DNA of 53,474 nt, filler included, from Sphacelaria rigidula (Eukaryota), in the NCBI GenBank assembly GCA_964200075.2. It is 5 parts of 5 records of this genome, joined end to end, with 100 filler letters (N's around TTAATTAATTAA, not from the genome) between each part and the next. Parts side by side here need not be neighbours in the genome. Positions count along the whole stretch, not along the records: positions 21,432 to 32,046 come from CAXNAA020006192.1; positions 32,147 to 42,760 come from CAXNAA020006193.1; 3 more parts are not named here. One strand, given 5' to 3'. Positions 24,320-36,724 of the stretch are shown piece by piece; position 1 is the stretch's first letter; each line of letters opens with the position of its first letter. The notes beneath the pieces are model-generated. The model was given only the letters and a program-made list of their open reading frames with translations, made no database searches and was not told the origin of the DNA. The position numbers and the translations under genes are program-made.

Positions 24320-26480
24320 AAAATGGGCCTACTCTCGGTTGATCACGATGAGGTAGACGCGATCTCGACCAGGCTACGACCTATGCGCCACGAGTAGCAC
24401 ACCCCGATGGGATTGATAACTCGGCGCAGAGGAAACGTGGCGAAAGATTCATACGACGAGCTCGTGCGTATCGTGACGGCACAACACTCGGCATACCTGG
24501 ATGATTCACACGATCACGAACGGCTTCCCTCATAAAATACGAAACCCAAAAGATTGTTTTTCTGGACGAGGTGAAGCACATATTACAGTCGCCTTCGCAA
24601 CCCACGACCCTGCTGTAGTACGATCCTTTCAGATTCCACCTCCCTCCCGAAGTGCCCCCCGCTCCGATAACCCCTTCTGTGCTTTTGTACGCCCGGGGGA
24701 GGAGGCCGCTCCCCGAGCAATCGCACCTTCCGTCGCAGTGTTCAGCAATCAACCCGCCTCTGCAACGGGCCAATATGACATTCCGTTCTCAAGACAAGAG
24801 GACACACCCTACCGACTCGCGCAATACGAACCGGCACCGGGACTATCTTTCGCGCACCCGGGAGTTGGCGCGCAAGCAACTCCGTCCAAACCTCCGCGCA
24901 GCGGTGCTACGTCAATGCTGACAGGTGCAGCCGCACTCGCTCAGGTGACCAGACCAACCTCTTCCCCCGACTCGGTCATGTCTCCAACCTCGGCCGGGCG
25001 AAAAGTGGTCGTCAACGTTCTGCGCGAAGACAAGATCTGCTTCGGTCACGCTTTCACGACCTCATGACATCACCGCGTTAACACCCCCTTGCCCATGGCC
25101 GCATGGTATCATTCCCACAGCTCACTACAGTGGAGTGCCGGCCCGCCGCAAACCCGCCTTCCCTCAGCGGCGGCTCGCCGCACTGAAACTGACAAAGCTC
25201 AGTGTTTGGCGGCGCTAAGGTTGGGGCTCATGAAAGACTCGTACAACAACGAACCAGTAGTCGAACCAACTGCATCATCAGGAACGGCCGCCGACAATGC
25301 CGACGATTTGCCCGGCGTATGAAGGCGCGCCCCAGGTACAACCAGCGGGCGGGAACTGCGACGGCCGCCTCCTGCGACAACCCCCAGGCGACACGGAAGC
25401 CAGTTATGGGTAACGGGTAAGATGTGGCATGGGCGGCGTCTCCATCGGCCGTGACCAATTGAGGCTTATGTAGATATCGGAGCAGGCGGGGGTAACTATG
25501 TGTCGGGCATGTCGTGGCGTAGTCTGCGTGATACATTTGACTACCCCCCGACATGTCTGCGAAGGAATTCGCGGCTCTCCAAAGGCAAAACAAGCCTCCG
25601 GGGGTCTTTAATTCCTTTGGAAGAAACCGAAAACTACCACTCTGGAGGGCGGCACACCCCTCCGGAGGCATTTTGGGGGTAGAAAAATGCCTCCGGAGGG
25701 ATGCGCGGCCCTCTGAAGGCAAGCACAAGCGTCTGCAGGCGTTTAACCCCTCTGGAGGAGCTTAAACCCTGGGGAGGCTCAAAAATTGACCGCTCTGGAG
25801 GAATTTGGGGGGTAGCCAAATGGCCGCGTGTGTACTAGCGTGTTAGATGTTCCCTTTAACCCCAGCGCGGTAGGCGTCCTGTGCGCTGCCAACCTCGCCC
25901 AGAGCAATGTACCTCCGATGCGCATAGCTGGATCTATATTGTTGCCCCTACTCCCGAGTCACATGTGTCCGTATCGTAATGATAAGAGTCGTGGAGGATC
26001 TACAGTGCGGCTTCATCTTAGGCGTAAAATACTTCGGGTCAAATAAGGGTAGCACTTGAGACCAGGCAAGGGGTTCCGCCTGTCACTATCGGCCCCGTTG
26101 ATCCGGTTTCTGACGAACGACTCTCCCCTTCACTCAACGCGAGATATTCTAGTTGCCTTGAATAGGAAGCCCGAATCCGCTGCCCGTACAGCCGTGCCCT
26201 CACTTCTAACGGCATGCGGTACTCTCAATTATCATGACATTAGATGGAAAGATGAGGCCACCGTGGAGTGGGAGCTTCGCCAGGATAGACAACTTGCAGT
26301 TCTACTCCGCCAAGCTAAATTTGAGTTGGACGGAGAGGCAGTGGTAGAGATAGCCAAGGGGGTGATGTGGTGGCTGCTGGGGTCGTCTAAGTACTGTAAA
26401 ATAGTAAATAGTGGTAAAGAGGTGGTAACGGTAAAAATTAACGGTGTGGTCGCTGGTATGATAGCACTGAATGCATAGAA
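24320..26480 (+). mobile_element. Probable decayed gag/protease-side portion of the Gypsy element
   Basis: Inference: broken plus-strand ORFs (24501-25067, 26056-26478) lie directly upstream of the RT remnant and are co-oriented with it. No diagnostic motif is readable. Confidence 0.35.
25534..25822. mobile_element. Candidate MITE (about 290 bp)
   Basis: Seen: inverted ends CATTTGACTACCCCCC / GGGGGGTAGCCAAATG (15 of 16 match) and repeated internal CTC(C/T)GGAGG motifs. Confidence 0.55.
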
Positions 26481-26599
26481 CCTCCCTTGTTCCCCGTCAC
26501 TTTTTGACTCAGCGCCTTCCACGTGGAGCTCCCATTTCAACCCCCAACCCCCAACCCCCAACCCCCAACCCCCACCACACACCCCGGGAGCGTTTGGTT

Positions 26600-27160
26600 A
26601 ACCCTACCACCGACCAGGGTTCGCGTTTCCGACGCGAACATGAGACAGTTACGTCCGGCAGGGAACCGGGACCTCGTAGACGTCCTGCTGGACTTTGTGG
26701 ACGCTGGACTGTTTCCTACGGATCCCAAACGGGTCCAGGCCTGTATCAACGGTGAACTAGATCTCCCCCCCACTGACGATTTTTGTGCATAACTTGTAGC
26801 AAAACAATGCCGATCAGTCCTGAAGAGCGGCACACGGTAGAAGAAGTGTACAAGCTGCTAAAGAGAGGAATAGCCCATCCTCAATTTCTCCATGGCCTAC
26901 CCACCAAGTGTGTGACAAGAAGAAGGACGGTACCCTATGCTTGTGTAACGACGAGCGAGCACTCAACAATCTCTTGGTGTCAGGCAGTGGTTGTCTCGGG
27001 GTTATGAAATCGACTTTCGATGAACTCGAACGCAAGCGGTATCCCACTCCAACCCGACCTCGCGTCAGTATTTCACCAGATCGAAGGTGCAGAGAAAGAC
27101 CGCCACAAAACGGCATTCAGAGATGCAGATGGACTACTTCACGAGTTCTGTCAAGCTGAC
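26600..27160 (+). pseudogene. Ty3/Gypsy LTR-retrotransposon pol (reverse transcriptase N-terminal half), frameshifted
   Basis: Seen across frames: SPEERHTVEEVYKLLKRGI, KKKDGTLCLCNDERALN (KKDG..R.C.D.R.LN), FDELERKRY, DLASVFHQIEGAEKDRHKTAFRDADGLLHEF (DL..GFHQI....D..KTAF). These are canonical Gypsy RT blocks, interrupted by stops and frameshifts. Confidence 0.9.
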
Positions 27161-27886
27161 TTAAACGTTTTCGTGAGATTGAGAGTAGAGCGCTAATTGA
27201 GAGTGGCTTCGATCATTCGCTTTAACTCAGCCAAATTTTTATTCCGTGTGCGCTTTTCTTTGCCTCTACCCCTGGCGTGTGCTTACAGCTACACGTCGAT
27301 ATCGTGCTCAGGGATATCAAGGGCGTCAGTGGCAAGCTACTACAGGAAGCAATATGAGCCTCGTGGAGGGACATTTCGGAACTGAAATGATTTATTGACC
27401 GCTTTTCACTCTCAATCGCATCCCCTACTCTGTGGATACGAGCGAGAACCTTCCTCTCTGCCGTTACTCCTCCGGTGGTATCATCATCGACACGCGTGTA
27501 CACTGCATCCGTTCGGTGCACCTAGCCACAACTGCTTAACTGCTGGAGACACTTGGAGGGGGAGATGGTTTCGCTCGGTGTACTTGTTTCGCGTCATCCC
27601 TGCAAAAAAGATGTGCCACTTGAACCCCATTGTAGAGATCGACCCCCAAAATAAGACTCCGCTGTTTGTCGTGGAAGCAGAAGAGGAAATGGTGGTAAAC
27701 GTGCGTTCGCTCGACGACGAAAGGGTGGGTCTAGAGCAGAATAATAATACCGAAATCCCGAAAATCCGGCTACTACTGTCGTGGAACGGTCTGGCATTAC
27801 TAACGCGCTCTCCACTACATTGTGGGTGTGCGCGTATGAAGTTGCACGCATGATTGTGGGTGTGATCATTTGTGCGATTTACGTAG

Positions 27887-27979
27887 AGCTTTAACGGGAT
27901 ATTTACTGTACGTCTTCGAAGATGAAAACCACCACTGGATTTGGAGACGCATACATCTGTCTGTCGAGGTGAGAAAGAG

Positions 27980-28018
<39 letters not shown>

Positions 28019-28181
28019 AATTGCTAACGACGCATACATTGCACATATTTCTCACCCAGTCTGTAGCGAGAGAAAGTAGACAATAGTCATTGCGAAATTC
28101 TCTTGTGTGGTGGCATTGATTGATTGCTACCAGCAACATATGGAGGTGGATGCCTTATCCATCTCACATCAGAACTCGACC
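27887..28181 (+). CDS. Two candidate exons (27887-27968, 28134-28181) of an unidentified gene
   Basis: Seen: AG/GT-bounded, phase-compatible open segments ALTGYLLYVFEDENHHWIWRRIHLSVE|gtgaga and QHMEVDALSISHQNST|gtaagc. No family recognised. Confidence 0.35.
27983..28016. repeat. (GA)n microsatellite
   Basis: Seen directly. Confidence 0.9.
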
Positions 28182-30032
28182 GTAAGCACCACCAGCGACT
28201 CACTTATTTGGCACAACACATTTGAGAACGACTGCAAAGCGAACACGAAGATACATTATATTCGCACAGATGGCATGAAGCAGCAGCGAGAAATGTATGA
28301 CATACAGCACAATAACTGCGTGCGGCGATGGCGTTTGCACGCAAGATTGATATCCATGTGCAGTTCCTCAAGCTTTGGACATCCATGCGGAACATAACAG
28401 TTGCTGGGCATGGACGGATGGATCGACCTGGTCGCGACACCCGTCGAACCTGTCGATGATAGTGAATGTGCCTTCTCACAAAAACATAAGGACTCTGCGC
28501 GACAAAAAGCCTATGCATCGCTATGGTCTGTAGATCACCGATGAGACGAGGGTGCGACACTTGTTTGGTATAGACGGTATGACGGAGACCAGCCTATCTA
28601 TGTCATATCCTTGGCTTTGGTCCGGAGAGAACATGGACCTGTTGGATTGCGCCGCGTTTTCCCGGGTTATGACATTGTCTTCTCCATCTGAGGGGTTCGT
28701 CTTTGTTCTGGATTTTCTTGTTTTTTGCTGTAGTACCCGTGGCCATTACCGTGCACAATTGTGCTGTACCTGCAAGGTTGTGGGGCTCAGGCTTTGCGGC
28801 AAACATCGCTGGCGAACCCCCCCGCATGCACCGGGGGGGGGGGGGGGGGGTCTAAGGAGGAGAACATTGGCTGCTACTTTCAACACAATGGAGTACGTCG
28901 AGATCATAGCGGATTCTGCCATTGGAGGGTTGGTCGAGACGGTTGAAGAATTGAGGTGATTGCTGTGGGGGGACGATGTATAACACCCCCTTTCCCTCAG
29001 AGGTGCCCCGTGTTTTACTTTCGATTTTCTCGGGAGAAGAAGATGTTGATCGACCTTCGACCTATAATTCCAAATCAAGCAGTATGGTTTTTGCAATGAT
29101 GCACGTTTGAAAGCCTTGGGATGTCAAGATTTTGAGGAAATCAAATTCGAAAAGCTTCGCGCATGGGGGTGTTTTCCCCATCTTCACCAGGAGTCTTGTC
29201 AATACTGTACATACAGTACAGTAGTATATCGTCTCATACCGCACTTTTTTGTTGAAGAAGTACGTTGCAGCTAGATGGGGTTGCCAGGAACATGGCTTCG
29301 TTCGTCTCTTCAAACGTACGTTCTGCACGTATTCCCGCTGTTCGGTTCTTGTGATACACTATTATGGTGTGCTCGAAATGCAACAGAACTTCGTTCTCCG
29401 TCGAGGGCTGGCGCACAGAAACGGCGTCCTCTGTCTCTGCTGTTGTTGTACTCTGACTCCAGAAAGTCCGAGGCAACTGCTGTTGCTTTCGGCCACAGAG
29501 CGGACGGAAGGGAAGATAAGAGGGGTACGCACGCTGTTTGGGTTGTGGTAAGGACGTCATGCAACAGTGGCCGTTGCCCAGATCTACGGAAGTTTGTACC
29601 CATCGCGTTTTATTGCGCAAGGGTGTGCGTGTGTGCCGTCCGTGGAGTAGTAACATGGCGCATCGACGCGTGTGGATGAAGGCTTTTCACAGGCTAACAC
29701 GTGTCATATTCGCGCTCCCGTGGTGCTGAAATGATGCAAAGGTACGTAACCATGTGCAGACATGTGCCCCGGTTCAGATACGGTCACGTGGAATTGTAAT
29801 TTTTTTCGCGTCCGGTTCGGAGACAGTCGTGTGAGACTTGTGCCCGGCATGTGAATCTCTCTTGAAACAGCTGGTCGTGTGATCATGCGTGCTTCCGTAC
29901 CGACCAGATCGGCTACATCCTGCTTCACATTTCAAGCGATCTAAATACACGCATCCACAAAACTTCACGCCGTTTTCAGGAGTCAAGATCCTGAATTTTT
30001 ATTTTTTGCACATTTTTTCGACGCAACATCCA

Positions 30033-30570
30033 ATACGTCGGACGAGCACGAATATGACTCGTGGCACTCGCGCTTGTTGAGCTGCTCGTTGGCCGTTTTT
30101 GGAGGTCCTCCAGCACTCGAGTCATTGCTCGTTGTGGGATAGTCAATAAGGCGAGTACTCGAGTCATTGCTCGGTGTGGAAAACTTGGTAGGGCGAGTAC
30201 TCGAGTCATTTCTCGGTGTAGAAAACTTGGTAGGGCGAGTACTCGAGTCATTGCTCGTTGTGAAAAACTTCAAAGGGCGATTCTCGAGTCATTGCCCGTT
30301 GTGGAAAACTTCATGGGGCGAGTACCCGAGCCAATGCTCGTTGTGAAAAAGTTCATACGGCGCGTCTCGACTCATTGCTCACTGTGGAAAAGTTCATACG
30401 GCGAGTACTCGAGTCATTGCTCTCTGTGGAAAACTTAATAGGGCAAGTACTCGAGTCATTGCTCATTGTGGAAAACTTGGTACGGCAAGTACTCGAGTCA
30501 GTCTTGTTGTACTTTCAAAAAGCATCAACGAGTGCACTCGTTTCGACGAGTAATGACTCGTCCGACGTGT
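30033..30570. mobile_element. TIR-bounded element containing about 10 copies of a 41-42-bp minisatellite
   Basis: Seen: ends ATACGTCGGACGAG / CTCGTCCGACGTGT (13 of 14 match); flanks GCAACATCCA / GCAACATTCC; unit GCGAGTACTCGAGTCATTGCTCGTTGTGGAAAACTTGGTAGG repeated over about 30113-30500. Confidence 0.75.
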
Positions 30571-30885
30571 GCAACATTCCACCGTCGAGGTTTTTCTGCT
30601 CTGACTTTTCTCACCGTTATTCGGGGGTACCAGGGGTTCGGATGAAACTTGGATCCCGTTGAACCCCCAGGAAACGGTGAAAAAGGTTTAATATCGAGGG
30701 AAAACAAACTCGCCCATCAAAAGTTGCGTGATGGCCCATTGAACATTTTTGCTATGGTTCAAGGTCTAACTCCTAATTACGGTGTGAAGTTTTGCGCGTT
30801 TGTGCGATGACGTGAGCTTGAAACGTACAAGCTCCTAACTACTTGTTTTTAGTATAAAAACGTCTCTTCTGGATGTCTTTAACGT

Positions 30886-31063
30886 TAATCCTTTTGAGAC
30901 CGACCCCCCACTAACACGGTGTTGACCATGTGTTCGTGAAATAGAAGAAGAAAAAAGTCAGGGAGCGACCTGCTCAATCACGGCGAGGCGAAAATTATCG
31001 ACCAGTCCCAAACGACCAGCGCGGGAACTGTTGCCGAGTGTGATATCATTGCAACGATCGTGT
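30886..31063 (+). repeat. Dispersed repeat family D, copy 2
   Basis: Seen: collinear with 21144-21331. Confidence 0.7.
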
Positions 31064-31927
31064 GGGGGCCCTATCCCTGGCCCAGGTAAGCCTTCCCAGG
31101 TTTCCAGAGCCAGGATGCTCGGAGCATGGCTTATCGTATGACTCACATTTAGTATAGCGTTCCTGGGATTCACCGGGAGTTTTTTGGGGTCGCCAGCCTA
31201 TACTAAAACGAGGTAATTACACAAACACCGAGTGGAGTGGGAAAAACCGGGAAGGGCTGTACATGCTACCGTGTGGTCATTTTCACGAGGCACTAAACCC
31301 AAGTGGGCCGTGGAAAGACAAATGAAGCTATCGTCATGAATTCTGGCTATCCCTCTGCCGATGACTTGCAGTGTTCAGTGAACATGTTCGTAGTGGGCGG
31401 GGATGAAGAAGCGATATTATGACAGTTGATCTCGGTAGCTGAGAACTGCCCAGAACGTGCAAGGGAGTATGCAGCGGCAGTCGGAGAGGCGCACTGCACT
31501 GTACTGTACTGTACTGTACTGTATGTATGCGCTCCGCTCATACCCTTCGAAGAGAATTTGCCGCTTGTAACAAGGAGGGAAATCGCGGCCCACCTCAACC
31601 ACAATGGGCTGTGTGGCAAGGTGATGGGGACAAAAGTATCGTCCAAAGCCACAAGTAGCGGGCAGCCTGCCGGTCGCCACATCCTGCTCTCTACGGCGAC
31701 CCATACTGCTTGCTACATCAGATGTACGTTAGCTAATGCGCATCCATCACCTGGAAAATGATTGGGTGGATATTTCTATTGCCGGTCGACAATAGTCGCA
31801 ATAGGCCTGTACATGATGCAGTACGTTCCTTGTCTAATGCAACTATTGACCATATATTGTCCAAGGTGTGCAATAAATACTCCGATGGTGGTTGTTGGAT
31901 GAAGTCATCATCCAGGGAGTACCCCGG

Positions 31928-31983
31928 TTATTATTATTATTATTATTATTATTAATATTATTATTATTATTATTATTATTATT
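31928..31983. repeat. (TTA)n microsatellite
   Basis: Seen directly. Confidence 0.9.
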
Positions 31984-32046
31984 TCCGCAAATTAGTCCGA
32001 TCTCGCGAACCCGTAGTCACAGACGTAGCCTCGGGTTCGCCATCCC

Positions 32047-32146
32047 NNNNNNNNNNNNNNNNNNNNNNNNNNNNNNNNNNNNNNNNNNNNTTAATTAATT
32101 AANNNNNNNNNNNNNNNNNNNNNNNNNNNNNNNNNNNNNNNNNNNN
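32047..32146. other. Artificial contig linker
   Basis: Seen: N44-TTAATTAATTAA-N44. Confidence 0.97.
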
Positions 32147-35100
32147 GGGGGCGGGCTGGGGACTCAGGCGTCTGGCTTGCCGGCGCTGGTGTCCGGTCCT
32201 TATCCTCCCCTGCCGTTGGGGGGGGGGGGGGGGGGGGTACGAGTGTGTGTGTGTGTGTGTGTTTGTGTGTGTGTACTCATGCTATGTACACCGTACGAGG
32301 TATTACTCGTGACGGAGGCGACGAGGACTATTCCCCACATATACTGAAGAGGAAGACGTATTATTCGTGATGGACGTGACTGAGAGATCGATCGATCGAT
32401 CGATCGCTTACTTCACCAGCGGTGGCTCACAAAGTCACTGCCCATCCAATCTACAAAGGGGAATCGTCAAGGGGGCTAGCGAACCAGGGCGTGCTTGTCT
32501 GGCCTGTTGGTTGATCCTTGCACGACCGCCGATGTTTTGCTGGTCGTCTTTTTCTATATATTCATCGAGCGGAGTACCAGTCAACACCACTTGTTTTCTT
32601 GCTCCTGCTCTCGAGTTTCATTCAGCGATAATTTCTGTCCATTCACAGTAGACACATTCATCTTGTAGCATGGCTATATATATATATATATTGCATAGCG
32701 GGTCAACGAATGAGCGGTAACCTTTGAACCGACAGCGCGGAGTTGAGGGCTCGAATTCCAACAGACATAATGTTCTACGTTCTGTTTTGTAGGAATGTCT
32801 GATTCCTGTCTTTGAAAACGCGATGACCTGCGCAGCTAAGGACCTTCGACGATCGTCGACACGGCGCTGCACTGCTGATCCCACCCGGTATACAAAAATG
32901 CCTAGCGTATGACAGAGGACACATTGGTTGATTCTTTGACGCTGCAGACTCATCCCGAGGAAGCGAAGACAGAAGACATCAATAGTAGGACGAAAGTAGA
33001 GCACAATCAATTCAACAATCAATGGTTGCAGTGCTGCGGCATTCATCGTATACGGGCCGGATCCATGTCTTCCATCCACGGCGGTAGCTTTGGTGGCCAC
33101 CGACGCCATCTACAGAGACCTTATGGTGGGTGTAAAGCAACTACTACCGGTAACAAATATCGCAAGACGTTTCACCTGGTCGCTTCTGCTGCATCCATCA
33201 CAGTCAGAAAAGTAGCATAATCTCGTGCATACGCGTTGCTGCCGCTATCCTTGAAGGCTGCTAAGACACTTGGCCTACCATAGTCCATTTAAACACACAC
33301 ACACAAATCGACATCGACTCGCAGCCGATTGGGATCGTTAGTCATCCTCCGGATGACAGATTGCCGCTAACCAACCCGAACGAAATCGACACGTCAGGAA
33401 TAAAACCTACACGCACCGGACAACTCATGAGCTACCTCAACAGAACTTTTCATTGGTGTTCTCGGGTCATGAGCTTGCTCATTTAGCCCCTTTTGTTCTC
33501 CATAGTTTCCGCCTACGGCGCTGGACGCCGGGCACGCGAAGTAGCGCAAGAGTAGCGCTCTCGGTCTCGCGCACCCTGCTGTCACGTACTTTGTGTTTTT
33601 GAGTCGGGGGTCTGAGAGTCCGCTTCGAAAAGCCATTTAGGTAGCGCGTGAGCTGTCCAGCGTGTGAAAACCTACTACATTCCAATCGGCAAGCATTAAG
33701 CGCGGCGGTCCTTGCCTTAAAAAGCCGCCCGGTCTCCGCTCTCAGTCCTGCTTCAACGCGTGCGTTCAACGTCGTGGTGTCGCCACCCTTCAATGTTGGA
33801 ACACGACAAAAAAAGTGCGTTGGGTTTGAGCCTGTGTCGCATTAGCTCAACTCCTGTTCAGTGGTAGGTAATCACAACGTGATGCAGGCTGGGCTCGTGG
33901 TTCTGTTTATACAAAATCTGGAGCACGCCCGGTAGCGTAATGAGTCAAACCACGCTGTTCCACTAGTCGTTGACTGTGAACGAGGAGGAGGAGGGGAGAG
34001 GCAGGGGGAGGAGACCTTCCGGACCCCGCTTAAAATTGAGCCATTCACAACAAACGATGGCACCATTTAAACCGCCGAATAAGGCGCTTTCGAAGAGGGA
34101 AACTTGTTCAAACGCAGGATCCTCCCCGTGAGTTTCCTCCGTTTGTTCACTATGTTGTGATGGCGCTTGCACGCGGATTCTGCGTGCTTTCGGGGGGAAA
34201 GTTCGAAACCTATAGACACACCGAGAATATCACACAAAATGATGGCTTTTACAATTTTGAAGAAATGGTGACAAAAAACATACGCATAGGGGTGTCGGGC
34301 AATAAAAAGGAGAAGGTCGAAGCGAAACCTGGACCGCAAGCGATATCCAGTACATTGATTAACCATACAACTGTAACAGTGAAAGCTCCCTCTCGGGCTT
34401 GAGCTTTCAACATCTCGCCAAAGGCGTCGGACCGTTGATGCCATCAGCCACTACTACAGGGAACGAAAATGTTAGAACCGCTCACTTTTGTCCTTGTGGG
34501 CAGCGAAATTAACGCGCAGACAAACAGTTGCCATGAAAGAGCGGCACTGATAGCACCGTCCGCAATGGCTGTCCCTCAGTATGCCGTGACAGGACGAACT
34601 GAGTTCTGAATTTGACAAAGAAAACATTTCGTTGAAACGAGATGGTGATGCCTCTCGATACCTGAACCAACGATCGACCCTTAGACTTGCAAAAAGAAAA
34701 GTGCCACTCATCCCATGAACTGCACGCCACTCTCAAACGGAGAGTGTCACACACTAGTCATACCTGAGAAAATATCTCTTCCTCCCGCCGCATAAGGGCC
34801 ACCAGTTGACTGGAGTAAGACGCGTGCAACTGCGTGTAGGTGTACCGTACGTATCAAAGAGAGGAGATTACAATGAGACATATGTTTGCCTACTTCGAAG
34901 ACTAAAATCAGATTGCATCGCGACATTTCAAAATAGCTCTCTCATTGCTTTTGCCGCGTCTTGCGTCCGTAACTATTTGTGGCTCATATTCATACAGGAT
35001 GACCCAAGAGCGCCAATACATGTTTTGGTCGCCAGATATTTTTCATGCCACTCATGAGATTGGGAAGCCAGGTGGTTTCCGTGTGCAAGTGAGGGAAAGG

Positions 35101-36537
35101 CCAAGGTCGTCAATGTCTTTTGCGTTTTTCCTTCCCCTCGGTATCTCCTCAAGCGGCCAGGTGCGAAACAAAATACAAGCGCAGTCGAACGAAATAACAG
35201 GAAACGGAAACAGATACCCTGGAGAATTTTCCCTGAAGCTCTTTTGAATATCCTCGTCGTTTCATAGCTCTTGAAAATGGCTTGTAGAAATGAAGCAAAC
35301 GTGGAATTGCTCCGAGAGTGTGGAACATATGATGGTATTTTGACCAATGTTTCACATGTGTATGGCAATGAACAAGAGTGTAAGGCCACCCCCCTCTCTG
35401 ATTCGACGTCACGCATGTCTCCTCAGCATTCGTAAAGACTGCAAACCACGCTCCGCCCTTACAATGGCGTTGGTCTAGCTGCACAAGATCGTTTGTAGGA
35501 CACCTCGATTCTTGAAATGCACCTTGCATCCGCTGAAGCACAACAAAAAGACATTGGGTAGTTTCCCCTCCAAATTTTCGACCCCACTGAATCCTTTACT
35601 ACACTTTTGAAACTCGCTAGCGGACCGCCACGGCTCGACGCTGAAAAGGGCGCCATCGTAAATTGCTCTATACGCACCGAGGAGTTCTTCGCCTTGATCT
35701 GCTGTACGTTTGTGGAGGAATGGATGATGGCCGATAGTAAAACGGGGTACATTTTATCGAAGAGAGGTTACACCGACTATAGGCTACGATGATGCCCAGA
35801 CGGTCGATACAAGCCTGCCACGCCCCACGCCATGCTCGACTGCACGTACTAATAGGTAATAGTGCCACACGGTGAGGTTGATTTGATTTCGATTGAGTAG
35901 TAGCCGCACCTCAAGCAGAAAGCTGCTGCGGCCGATAGTACACGGTTTAAGTGTACAGCACACTACGAGCACTTACCTCCTCAGATCAAACAGAGCGTTC
36001 GTCAACAGCAAAGAGTTATTGTAAGCAGTGCACCGCAATTGCTGTGCTCCGCATGCGGTATAGAAACCCACACTGTACTGCAATAGCGGTACGGTCGTAC
36101 GCAGCATAGCTCAGTCAGAATACTTGACGGTTGTGATCTTGATCGTCACAAGCGCGTAATCCTCGTCACTTCCTGTCGTTTGAAGGATCCCGATTGGACC
36201 TCGATTTTCACAAGAGCGTTTCCCTCGTCGTGTTATTGTTGTTCTGCGCTGACTTGTGTGTGAAAGCTCACCCATAGTTGCTCGGAAAGGGACAAAAAGA
36301 GGGTATTGCTAGATAAAAACCTACGACAACCAGCACAATTGAAATATCCCAATGTACACTACACATATGAGTGTACACTACACTGCATATATATATATAG
36401 TTTTTCGTATCACAAGAGAGCTTTTATCCACAGCGCAGAGTGATGGTGGGTCGTGCCAGGTAGCTGGCACAACCTGTATGCTATACAGCGAAGTACAGTG
36501 CAATTCTAAATATATATATATATAGTTTGAAGCACAG

Positions 36538-36655
36538 AGGAACGGCCATACCACGTCGATAGCACCACAACCCGTCCGCTCTGTGAGGTTAAGCGGTATC
36601 GGGCCAGGCTAGTACTACGGTCGGGGATCACGTGGGAAGCCCTTGTGCTGTTCCT
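36538..36655 (+). rRNA. Full-length 5S rRNA sequence, probably the head of a 5S-derived SINE or a dispersed copy
   Basis: Seen: AGGAACGGCCATACCAC...CCCGTCCGCTCTGTGAGGTTAAGC...GGGCCAGGCTAGTACTACGG...CACGTGGGAAGCCC...GCTGTTCCT, 118 nt. It has the conserved eukaryotic 5S blocks (GGCCATACC, GTTAAGC, TAGTACT, TGGGAA), and the 5' and 3' ends pair as helix I. Confidence 0.9.
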
Positions 36656-36689
36656 TTGGATCCCTGGGGGATCAGTTAAAGTGCGACAA

Positions 36690-36691
36690 TT

Positions 36692-36723
<32 letters not shown>
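36690..36723 (+). repeat. (CAAT)n tail downstream of the 5S copy
   Basis: Seen directly. Confidence 0.9.

Positions 36724-36724
<1 letters not shown>

Noticed and set aside
26538-26575. Telomeric repeat
   Set aside because: It is a short internal (CCCCAAC)n tract, not a TTAGGG-type terminal array.
30113-30500. CRISPR array
   Set aside because: The units are homologous along their whole 41-42 bp, with no unique 25-45-nt spacers, no cas genes, and a eukaryotic context.
29976-30662. Repeat-protein ORFs (e.g. MTRVLALPSF repeats)
   Set aside because: These are a by-product of a 42-bp unit; 41-bp units break the frame.
33640-36190. Minus-strand multi-exon gene (e.g. 35977-36041 with a strong gtaagt donor)
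   Set aside because: Exon-like pieces exist, but I could not chain them in phase or recognise a product; left uncalled rather than excluded.
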